Below, piece after piece: positions 41,930-49,871 of a stretch of DNA of 64,000 nucleotides (positions are counted from its first letter, which is position 1; each line of letters opens with the position of its first letter). Below the pieces are notes generated by a model that made no database searches, was not told the origin of the DNA, and was given only the letters and a program-made list of their open reading frames with translations. A program made the position numbers and the translations under genes. Origin of the DNA: Sphingorhabdus sp. (GTDB taxonomy: Bacteria > Pseudomonadota > Alphaproteobacteria > Sphingomonadales > Sphingomonadaceae); the NCBI RefSeq assembly GCF_044239045.1, contig NZ_JBIICD010000008.1:8311-72310 (forward strand). The letters run 5' to 3'.

Positions 41930-42231
41930 GCAGGCGGACACAATCGGGCACCCTCATAAACGCCTTGCGCGCAATCATCCCCACTGCCGACATAAGCATA
42001 TTGCAGGAACGGCCATGGCACAGCCTCACCTTTTCTGGGACGCAAATAGGCCTGTCGGTGCAATATTCGGATGGACCATGGCAAAGCGACGTGGCGGCGC
42101 TGTCGCAGCTTTTGTCCGAATATGAATTTGACTTGGCCCACCAGATCGTCGCCGACATTGGCGTAACGCAAGCGGTTATCGGCAAAGGCACCCAATGTCT
42201 GATCATAGATGCGTTGTTGCTCGATAGCTGA
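41926..42231 (+). CDS. Hypothetical protein coupled to the Cro-like gene
   Basis: ATGA overlap; ERPWHSLTFSG and L.EYEF.L...IVAD motifs recalled from sphingomonad hypotheticals. Confidence 0.65.
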   Translation: MSRRTQSGTLINALRAIIPTADISILQERPWHSLTFSGTQIGLSVQYSDGPWQSDVAALSQLLSEYEFDLAHQIVADIGVTQAVIGKGTQCLIIDALLLDS

Positions 42232-42279
42232 CACAAGGCAAAACTTGTGCACCGTCGCCATCGACCGTAAACAATGTGC

Positions 42280-43452
42280 ATGACCACACAAACCGCACCG
42301 ACCTTGCCCCGCATCGCACCCGAATCGATTGTCCCGCGCCTGCAAAGCTATTGGGACGCGCTCAATATGTGGGTGCAGACCAATTATCTGGAACTTGGCA
42401 TTGCCGTGGTGGCGGCGATCATCGTGTTCGTTGCGCTGAGTTGGTTGAAAAGAATCGCCGCAAACATCGCGCGTGCCAGCGAGCACCGCGCACATTTGAA
42501 ATCCATCATCGCCCGAACCTTAGCCCGCACAAGCAAGTTTTTCCGTGTCATGGTGTCGATTGAATTGGTCAATCAGATTGCCAATGCGCCAGTGGCGCTG
42601 ACCCAGACCGTCGACATATTGTTCACCATCGCGATCGTCATTCAAATCGCCATCTGGCTGCGTGAAATCATCTTGGGCTTGATTGAGCGGCGCGCAGGCG
42701 AAGGCGTGCATGAACATGACACGCTGCAAAGCGCGATGGTGCTCATTCGCCTGCTCGTCAGCTTCGTGTTATTTGCCATTGCCGCCATTGTCGTACTCGA
42801 CAATCTGGGCGTTAATGTCACAGGCCTCGTCGCCGGGCTTGGCGTTGGCGGCATTGCCATTGGCCTTGCCGCACAGGGCATTTTTTCCGACCTGTTTGCC
42901 GCCATCTCGATCATTTTCGACAAGCCATTCCGGCGCGGCGACACGGTGTCCTATGACAATACCGTTGCGCGGGTTGAAGTCATTGGCATGAAAAGCACAA
43001 GACTGCGCGCGCTGACGGGGGAAGAGAAAATTATCTCCAACAGCAAATTGCTGGAAAAGGAAATCACCAACAACACGCTGACCTTGTATCGGCGGGTTAC
43101 TTTCGTACTCACCCTTGTATACCAAACGCCCCCTGCCCTTGCCCGCCGTGTGCCCGACATTCTGCGCCAAGCAGTTGAGGCGAACAATGCGCAATTCATT
43201 CGTGCTGGTTTCAATAATTTTGCCCCAAGCTCGCTCGATTTTCATCTGGTGTTCGACATTGAAAGCGATGATGTCGAAGAGATGTTTCAGGCCCGCCACA
43301 ATATTGGCATCGCGATTATCGATAGCTTTGCCCGCGAAGGAATCTCTTTTGCCTATCCGACGCAGACGACGTTCACCGCCGCGCCAGATGGCACGATGGT
43401 GATGCCTTATGCCACGCCGTCCCAAACAGCTGAGGCACCTTCGAAAAGCTGA
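42280..43452 (+). CDS. MscS-family mechanosensitive channel
   Basis: GLGVGGIAIGLAAQ..FSDLFA, DKPFRRGD, IGMKSTRLR..TGE. Confidence 0.92.
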   Translation: MTTQTAPTLPRIAPESIVPRLQSYWDALNMWVQTNYLELGIAVVAAIIVFVALSWLKRIAANIARASEHRAHLKSIIARTLARTSKFFRVMVSIELVNQIANAPVALTQTVDILFTIAIVIQIAIWLREIILGLIERRAGEGVHEHDTLQSAMVLIRLLVSFVLFAIAAIVVLDNLGVNVTGLVAGLGVGGIAIGLAAQGIFSDLFAAISIIFDKPFRRGDTVSYDNTVARVEVIGMKSTRLRALTGEEKIISNSKLLEKEITNNTLTLYRRVTFVLTLVYQTPPALARRVPDILRQAVEANNAQFIRAGFNNFAPSSLDFHLVFDIESDDVEEMFQARHNIGIAIIDSFAREGISFAYPTQTTFTAAPDGTMVMPYATPSQTAEAPSKS

Positions 43453-43568
43453 TTCGCGGTTTAATGGGCAAAGCGCCGCTAGCATGCCGTAACGGCAAAT
43501 AAGCGGGGCTTGTATTGCGCGTGTGAAACCGCCACGATACGTCCAAATTAAGAAGCAGGAGACTCCGT

Positions 43569-44027
43569 ATGACCGCAATTACACCCGCTGAACTCGCAAC
43601 CAAAGTTGGCGAAAATATTGGCGTATCGGAATGGATTTTGGTGGATCAGGAAATGATCAATAAATTTGCCGATGCAACGGGCGACCATCAATTCATTCAC
43701 ATCAACGAAGAAATGGCCAAGCAGACACCGTTCGGTGGCACCATTGCCCACGGCTTTCTGACCTTGTCTTTGTTCCCGGTGATGAGCGCCAAGTCAGACT
43801 GCCCCAAGGTTGCGGGCGTCAAAATGGGCGTCAATTATGGCGGCAACAAAACCCGTTTTCTCGCGCCTGTTCGTTCAGGCAAGCGCGTACGCGGCCATTT
43901 CAAATTGCTGGAGCTTGCCGAAAAGCGCCCCGGCCAATGGCAGCAGACGTTGGAGTTCACTGTCGAGATTGAGGGCGAGGAAAAGCCCGCACTTCAAGCT
44001 GAATGGATCAGCCAGTTTTTCGTATAA
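43569..44027 (+). CDS. MaoC-family dehydratase ((R)-hydratase-like)
   Basis: FADATGDHQFIH, TIAHGFLTLSL, VNYG.NK.RF.APV. Confidence 0.9.
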   Translation: MTAITPAELATKVGENIGVSEWILVDQEMINKFADATGDHQFIHINEEMAKQTPFGGTIAHGFLTLSLFPVMSAKSDCPKVAGVKMGVNYGGNKTRFLAPVRSGKRVRGHFKLLELAEKRPGQWQQTLEFTVEIEGEEKPALQAEWISQFFV

Positions 44028-44051
44028 TTTACATTTTAAGGAACCACTCAC

Positions 44052-45230
44052 ATGCGTGACGCAGTAATCGTATCCACCGCCCGTACCGCCATTGGTAAAG
44101 CCTATCGCGGCGGGTTCAACGCAACATCGGGCGCAACGCTCGGCAGCTATTCTTTGAAGGCCGCTGTTGCGCGCGCTGGCATCGAAGGTGGCGAAATCGA
44201 CGATGTTCTCTGGGGCTCCGCGCTGCAGCAGGGCACGCAAGGCGGCAACCTTGCACGCCAGGTCGGACTGCGCGCTGGACTGCCCGTTTCGGTATCGGGC
44301 ATGACAATGGATCGCCAATGTTCATCGGGCCTGATGTCGATTGCGACTGCGGCCAAGCAGATCATCGTCGACAATGTCGATATCATGGCTGCGGGCGGAC
44401 AAGAATCGATCTCGCTGGTGCAAACGAAGGAAATGCGCGTTCAGCCAGACCGCGAATTGATCGAAATGCACAATGCCATTTACATGCCGATGCTGCAGAC
44501 CGCCGAAGTCGTCGCCAAGCGTTATATTGTCAGCCGCGATGCGATGGACGAATATGCCCTGCAATCGCAGCAGCGCACCGCCGCCGCACAAGCCGCTGGC
44601 TATTTCGACGCCGAAATCGTGCCCGTGACCACGACCATGAACGTCGTGAACAAGGAAACCGGCGAAGTCAGCCAAAAGGAAGTGACCATCGCCAAGGATG
44701 AAGGCAATCGCGCAGATACGCAGCTTGCCGGTCTGCAAGCGCTTCAGCCTGTGCTTGGCCCTGACATGACGATCACTGCTGGTAACGCAAGCCAGCTGTC
44801 CGACGGTTCATCCGCCTCCATCCTGATGGAAGCAAAATTGGCGGAGAAAAAGGGTCTGAACCCGCTTGGCCGTTATGTCGGCATGGCGGTTGCAGGCACA
44901 GAGCCAGACGAAATGGGCATTGGTCCCGTATTCGCAATCCCGAAATTGCTGCAGCGTTTTGGCCTGAAGATGGACGATATCGGTATCTGGGAATTGAACG
45001 AAGCATTTGCCGTGCAAGTCCTCTATTGCCGTGACAAATTGGGCATTCCAAACGAACTGCTCAACGTCAATGGCGGGTCGATTTCGATTGGCCATCCTTA
45101 TGGCATGACGGGCGCACGTTGCACGGGCCATGCCTTGATCGAAGGCAAGCGTCGCGGTGCGAAATATGGCGTTGTCACCATGTGCGTTGGCGGTGGCATG
45201 GGCGCCGCTGGCCTGTTCGAAATCTTTTAA
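44052..45230 (+). CDS. Acetyl-CoA C-acyltransferase (thiolase)
   Basis: [38 protein letters not shown]. Confidence 0.95.
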   Translation: MRDAVIVSTARTAIGKAYRGGFNATSGATLGSYSLKAAVARAGIEGGEIDDVLWGSALQQGTQGGNLARQVGLRAGLPVSVSGMTMDRQCSSGLMSIATAAKQIIVDNVDIMAAGGQESISLVQTKEMRVQPDRELIEMHNAIYMPMLQTAEVVAKRYIVSRDAMDEYALQSQQRTAAAQAAGYFDAEIVPVTTTMNVVNKETGEVSQKEVTIAKDEGNRADTQLAGLQALQPVLGPDMTITAGNASQLSDGSSASILMEAKLAEKKGLNPLGRYVGMAVAGTEPDEMGIGPVFAIPKLLQRFGLKMDDIGIWELNEAFAVQVLYCRDKLGIPNELLNVNGGSISIGHPYGMTGARCTGHALIEGKRRGAKYGVVTMCVGGGMGAAGLFEIF

Positions 45231-45251
45231 TCGCAAATAAGGAACAGCCGC

Positions 45252-45545
45252 ATGTCCGCCATTGGTGTAATCGCGACGCTCACCGTCGCCGAAGGCAAGA
45301 ACGAAGATTTTGAGGCTGTTTTTGCAGAATTGTCTGCAGCGGTTCGGGCCAATGAACCGGGGAATGTATTTTATACGCTCACCCGGTCACGGTCCAACCC
45401 GCAAGTGTACAAAGTGCTTGAGCAATATGCGGATCAGGACGCACTGACCGCGCATGGCGCCAGCGACTATTTCAAGGCCGCTGGACCCAAGCTGGGCGCA
45501 TGCCTCGCTGGCGCACCGGATATTGAGTATCTGGACGGGCTGTAG
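45252..45545 (+). CDS. Antibiotic biosynthesis monooxygenase (ABM) family protein
   Basis: 97 aa dimeric alpha/beta barrel pattern (NEPG..FY.L...Y..LEQY.D..AL.AH). Confidence 0.85.
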   Translation: MSAIGVIATLTVAEGKNEDFEAVFAELSAAVRANEPGNVFYTLTRSRSNPQVYKVLEQYADQDALTAHGASDYFKAAGPKLGACLAGAPDIEYLDGL

Positions 45546-45627
45546 GGCTTAAAACCTCTATTGGGCCGTGAACGCATAAATCTCACCTTCGCGGTTTGAG
45601 GCCATTTTGTTCAGTGCAAGGAATTCT

Positions 45628-45895
45628 CCGTAATTCCTGTCACCGTAAATTTGTCACCGTTATTCCCGCATGTGCATACCCTCTGCGTCCTATGCGCCTC
45701 TGCGTGCAAAATGGACACGCGCAGAGGCGCGGAGGGAGGGGATGTAAACATTCCCCACCCCCGTCACCCTGAACTTGTTTCAGGGTCCATTTATCCTCTC
45801 TAGCTCTGGGCGTGGTGCACGATGGACCCTGAAACAAGTTCAGGGTGACGAAGTGGAAGGATGACGGCCCGCACCTGCTCAAATTACCGTGACAG
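45628..45895. repeat. Composite REP/MITE-like repeat cluster
   Basis: TGTCACCGT at 45638 and 45652; imperfect outer inverted repeat 45637-45652 / 45881-45895; 11-bp IR GCGCCTCTGCG 45694 / 45720; 29-bp perfect IR 45762 / 45822. Confidence 0.85.
45762..45850. repeat. Palindromic REP-like element with 29-bp perfect inverted arms, each arm itself a hairpin
   Basis: CGTCACCCTGAACTTGTTTCAGGGTCCAT (45762-45790) and its exact reverse complement (45822-45850). Confidence 0.92.
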
Positions 45896-45930
45896 TGCAC
45901 TAAATCATGGAATTCCAGCAACAGGTGCAT

Positions 45931-46002
45931 TGCACCACGCGCGATGGTGAAATGGCCCTTCACTGGCCAGCGTTCGACTGCGGCGTTAATATGCAAGGTC
46001 AT
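45931..46002 (-). pseudogene. 5' remnant (24 codons) of an L-Ala-D/L-Glu epimerase / DgcA-like enolase-superfamily gene
   Basis: MTLHINAAVERWPVKGHFTIARGA resembles the recalled family N-terminus (ERWP...FTI.RG); similarity stops and the frame runs into repeats. Confidence 0.6.
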
Positions 46003-46078
46003 CGCTGAAAACCCGCAGAAATCGGTGCTTCGCAAAATGCCATTAAGCAGCTCCAAAAAAGGAGCAAAATTTCGTCGC

Positions 46079-47311
46079 TCAATTGTGCTTGGCTATCCAG
46101 TCTTCCACGATAGGCGCAATTTTTTCGCGCCATTTGCTGCCGTTGAAAATGCCATAATGGCCGACTTCTGGCACCATATGATATTTCTTAAACGCCGCAG
46201 GCAGGCTGGTCGCAATATTCAACGCAGCCTTTGTTTGGCCCAATCCGCTGATATCATCGCGCTCACCTTCAATCGCCAGCAAGCCGATATCGGTGATCGC
46301 AGCAGGATCAACCAGCTTACCGCGATAGTTGAATTCGCCCTTGGGCAGCAAATGACGCTGGAAAACCGTATCAACGGTTTGCAGGTAGAATTCCGCCGTC
46401 ATATCGCACACCGCGCGATATTCGTCGTAAAACTCCTTATGCCGATCCGCACTTTCACCATCGCCTTTTACAAGGTCAGAGAACATCGACCAATGGCTCA
46501 TCATATGGTTGCCCAAGTTCATCGACATAAAGCCCGAAAGCTGCAGAAAACCAGGATACACACGGCGGCCAGAGCCCTTGTAATAAGGCGGGACTGTCGC
46601 GATCACATTTTGCACGAACCATTCATGCGGACGCTGGGTCGCATGGTTGTTCACCGCCGTTGGCGCTTCGCGGGTGTCGATCGGTCCGCCCATCATCGTC
46701 AATGTGCGCGGACGCAGCGGGTGATCTTTCGCAGCCATAACCGCCGCGGCAGCATAAGCTGGAACCGATGGCTGGCAAACGGCGAGCATATGTGCGCCGC
46801 GCCCACCCGCGTCTGGGCCAAGGAATTCTAGCCACTCAATCAGATAATCAATGTAGGTTTCAAGGTCGAACCCGCCACCCGTCAACGGCACATCGCGCGC
46901 ATCTTTCCAGTCGGTGATGTAGACGTCATGCGTACCCATCATCCGTTCGACTGTGCCACGCAGCAACGTCGCAAAATGCCCGGACATCGGCGCGCAGATT
47001 AGAAGCCGTGGCTTTTCGCTACTGCCTTCGTAAACGAAACGCTTCAGTTGGCCAAATGGCTTGCGCGCGACATTTTCTTCTTGAACGCCCAAGGTCTTGC
47101 CTTTGATGACCACTTCTTTCAAACCGAACGCTGGTTTTCCGCGTGGCAAAACCGAATGGGCGAAAACCTCAAGCGCCGAAGCCGCCACCGGGGCCATTCC
47201 GCCATAATTGAACGGCGAAGGCAGCGCGCTGAGCCATTCTGCCTGTTTCTGCGCGACCCAGCCTGCACCGGCAAGCCAGCCGCGTTGAAGGTCATATCCC
47301 GTATAAAGCAT
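46079..47311 (-). CDS. phaZ: Intracellular polyhydroxyalkanoate depolymerase
   Basis: APMSGHFATLLRGT, DVYITDW, AVCQP (Cys nucleophile), EGERDDISG, GHYGIFNG; start MLY at 47311. Confidence 0.95.
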   Translation of the reverse strand: MLYTGYDLQRGWLAGAGWVAQKQAEWLSALPSPFNYGGMAPVAASALEVFAHSVLPRGKPAFGLKEVVIKGKTLGVQEENVARKPFGQLKRFVYEGSSEKPRLLICAPMSGHFATLLRGTVERMMGTHDVYITDWKDARDVPLTGGGFDLETYIDYLIEWLEFLGPDAGGRGAHMLAVCQPSVPAYAAAAVMAAKDHPLRPRTLTMMGGPIDTREAPTAVNNHATQRPHEWFVQNVIATVPPYYKGSGRRVYPGFLQLSGFMSMNLGNHMMSHWSMFSDLVKGDGESADRHKEFYDEYRAVCDMTAEFYLQTVDTVFQRHLLPKGEFNYRGKLVDPAAITDIGLLAIEGERDDISGLGQTKAALNIATSLPAAFKKYHMVPEVGHYGIFNGSKWREKIAPIVEDWIAKHN

Positions 47312-47379
47312 ATTCAGGCCTTTAAGTTTCGCGGCGGTAATATTCTGCCGCAATAGCCTGTTGCTTTACGCATTTATTG

Positions 47380-47391
47380 TGCATTGCACCA
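47380..47391. promoter_or_regulatory. Candidate PhaR-type operator upstream of phaZ
   Basis: TGCATTGCACCA (TGC-N3-GCA core) about 70 bp upstream of phaZ. Confidence 0.45.
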
Positions 47392-47457
47392 TAGGAAAAG
47401 CGTTTACATCCTCCGTAGCGGATTGTTACCCGTCCAGCGCACTGCTAGGCGGGCGCG

Positions 47458-49257
47458 ATGACAAACGATTTTTCCGAAGCGCAAGCCATAACAACATCCG
47501 AAGAAGCTCCGGCCGCCAAGCCTAAGCTTAACTTTGGCAGTTTGCGCATGATCGGTCACTTTACCATCCGCTATCCGCGCCAGATCATGTTTGCGCTGCT
47601 GGCGCTGGTTGCAGCAGCCGCGTCTACGCTTGCCATCCCTTATGGTCTGCGTCTGATCATCGATGAAGGCTTTGTTAAAAATGGCGGTGATCCTGCGCCT
47701 TATTTCTATTTGCTGTTGGGCATCGTGGTTATCATCGGCGTTTCGACGGCGTTCCGTTTTTACTTCGTGAGCTGGCTCGGCGAGCGCGTGGTGGGCGATA
47801 TTCGTGTTGCGGTGCAGCAAAATCTATTGCGTTTGGCACCACGCTTTTTCGAAGAAAATCGTCCGGGGGAAATTGCCAGCAGAATGACCGCCGATACGGC
47901 GATTATTGAACAAATTGTCGGCACCACTGTGTCCGTTGCATTGCGTAATATCTTCATTGGCGTGGGCGGTGTGTCCTTGCTATTCGGCCTTGCTCCAAGC
48001 CTGACCATATGGTTGCTCGCGGGAATTCCAGTGGTCGTCTTGCCCATTGTATTTCTGGGGCGGCGGCTGGAAAAGGCTTCGCGCAAAAGCCAGGACAATG
48101 TCGCCAGCGTCGGTACGATCATTTCAGAAGCACTTGGCGCGATCAAAATTGTTCAGGCTTTTGGACAGGAAAGCCGCGAAGGCGTAAGATTTGCCGATGC
48201 TGTCGAAGGGACATTTGCGGCTGCAAAAAAGCGTATAAGGTTGCGGGCCTTTTTGACCGCACTTGTAATGGCGCTGATATTTGGCGGTATCACATTGCTC
48301 GTTTGGGAAGGCACGGACCAAGTTAAAGAAGGCGTCATATCTTCGGGAACATTGTTCGCAGTCGTCTTGTACGGGGCATTGGTTGCTGGGTCATTTGGGG
48401 CGCTGACTGAAGTATATGGCGACCTTGTGCGCGCCTCAGGCGCTGCGTCGCGGCTCGCCGAATTACTGAATGAAGTGCCAGAGATCGCACCGCCTGCTAA
48501 CCCAGTTGTTATGCCGCCAGCACGCGGGCAATTGGAATTCCAACATGTTCGCTTCCGCTATCCCACACGACCCGACGTTGCGGCGCTTGATGATTTCAGC
48601 CTGAAAGTATCACCGGGGGAAACGGTTGCTGTTGTGGGGCCGTCAGGCGCGGGCAAATCAACTTTGTTCCAACTGGCAGAGCGTTTTTACGACCCTGAAA
48701 TCGGTACCGTCCGCATTGATGGTGTCGCGCTGACCAGCGCAGATCCTGCCGAATTCCGGCGCCGCATATCGTTGGTGCCGCAGGATACAGTGTTGTTTGC
48801 AGCCTCCGCGCGTGACAATCTGCGCTATGGCCAATGGGATGCCAGCGACGAGGCGATATGGGCGGCGGCAGAAAAGGCCAATGCGGCAGGCTTTTTGCGT
48901 GAACTGCCAGAGGGTCTGGAAACATATCTCGGCGAAGGCGGTGCGCGGCTTTCCGGTGGCCAGCGCCAGCGTCTGGCCATTGCCCGCGCCTTATTGCGCG
49001 ATTCGCCAATCTTGTTGCTCGATGAGGCCACAAGCGCGTTGGACGCCGAAAGCGAGAAGCTGGTTCAGGACGCGCTGGAGCGCCTGATGGTTAACCGCAC
49101 CACAATCGTGATTGCACATCGGCTCGCGACGGTGCGTTCTGCCGACCGCATCATTGTAATGGATCAGGGCAAAATTGTTGAAGAGGGCGATCATGCCACG
49201 CTGAGTGCCGCGGGCGGATTATATGCTCGCCTCGCCAGCCTGCAATTTGATGCTTAA
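47458..49257 (+). CDS. Fused ABC exporter (transmembrane + ATPase, MsbA-like)
   Basis: Six-TM domain, GPSGAGKS, LSGGQRQR, LLDEATSALD. Confidence 0.93.
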   Translation: MTNDFSEAQAITTSEEAPAAKPKLNFGSLRMIGHFTIRYPRQIMFALLALVAAAASTLAIPYGLRLIIDEGFVKNGGDPAPYFYLLLGIVVIIGVSTAFRFYFVSWLGERVVGDIRVAVQQNLLRLAPRFFEENRPGEIASRMTADTAIIEQIVGTTVSVALRNIFIGVGGVSLLFGLAPSLTIWLLAGIPVVVLPIVFLGRRLEKASRKSQDNVASVGTIISEALGAIKIVQAFGQESREGVRFADAVEGTFAAAKKRIRLRAFLTALVMALIFGGITLLVWEGTDQVKEGVISSGTLFAVVLYGALVAGSFGALTEVYGDLVRASGAASRLAELLNEVPEIAPPANPVVMPPARGQLEFQHVRFRYPTRPDVAALDDFSLKVSPGETVAVVGPSGAGKSTLFQLAERFYDPEIGTVRIDGVALTSADPAEFRRRISLVPQDTVLFAASARDNLRYGQWDASDEAIWAAAEKANAAGFLRELPEGLETYLGEGGARLSGGQRQRLAIARALLRDSPILLLDEATSALDAESEKLVQDALERLMVNRTTIVIAHRLATVRSADRIIVMDQGKIVEEGDHATLSAAGGLYARLASLQFDA

Positions 49258-49284
49258 AGGGATGAAACTGCTCGTTCCGTCAAT

Positions 49285-49482
49285 TTAAGCAATGATATCA
49301 GGTATCAGTTGGTCCTCTAGACGCATGATACGGTCCTTCAAAACCAGCTTTTTCTTTTTCAGACGCGCGATTTGAAGTTGGTCAATCAACGTCTGAGCGG
49401 AAAGCGCCCGGATGGAATCGTCGAGATCCCGGTGCTCAATCTTCAGTTGTTCCAGTTGCTGCTGATAGCCGTCGTCGTTCAT
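49285..49482 (-). CDS. DUF465/YdcH family coiled-coil protein
   Basis: EHRDLD..I......DQLQIARLKKKKL.LKDRI...IPDIIA; start MNDD at 49482. Confidence 0.88.
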   Translation of the reverse strand: MNDDGYQQQLEQLKIEHRDLDDSIRALSAQTLIDQLQIARLKKKKLVLKDRIMRLEDQLIPDIIA

Positions 49483-49650
49483 ACACCTTTCTAAACAGAC
49501 TGGAGCGAACAAGTCATCGTGAAAAATGGGCGCTGGGCGAGGGCTGACCTTTGTCAGCGACCGGACGATCATTATCGACAAGACTCCCATCAGTATTCGT
49601 GATTTACTCCTTGGTTCAGAGAGTCGTGTCTCAGATTGAAGGAGAATGAT

Positions 49651-49821
49651 GTGCATCATAATCATCTGTCCGCGCTTCGTAACAAGCATGCCGAACTCGA
49701 ACAAAAGCTGGAGCGTGAAGAAAGCAGGCCGTTCCCCGACAGCAGAACCATTCTCGATCTAAAAAAACAAAAGTTACATCTTAAAGACGTTATTCTGCAT
49801 GAATCGGCATTAACTGGTTGA
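49651..49821 (+). CDS. Second DUF465/YdcH family protein, divergent
   Basis: HLSALRNKHAELEQKL..E..RP.PD...I..LKKQKL.LKD; AAGGAG SD before GTG 49651. Confidence 0.82.
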   Translation: MHHNHLSALRNKHAELEQKLEREESRPFPDSRTILDLKKQKLHLKDVILHESALTG

Positions 49822-49871
49822 CTACGAATAATTTGATACGGGGTATCGCTTGCCCTTTCGGTCTCTGCTAA

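Noticed and set aside
40964-42231. Intact prophage at the CI/Cro-like locus
   Set aside because: No integrase, att repeats, replication or structural genes; flanked by housekeeping genes.
45546-45627. Minus-strand fragment GEFLALNKMASNREGEIYAFTAQ* next to the repeat cluster, possibly the 3' end of a lost gene
   Set aside because: I cannot assign it to any family; too short to support without a search.
45944-46831. 295-aa plus-strand ORF
   Set aside because: Antisense shadow of phaZ, which has all family motifs; no recognisable domain.
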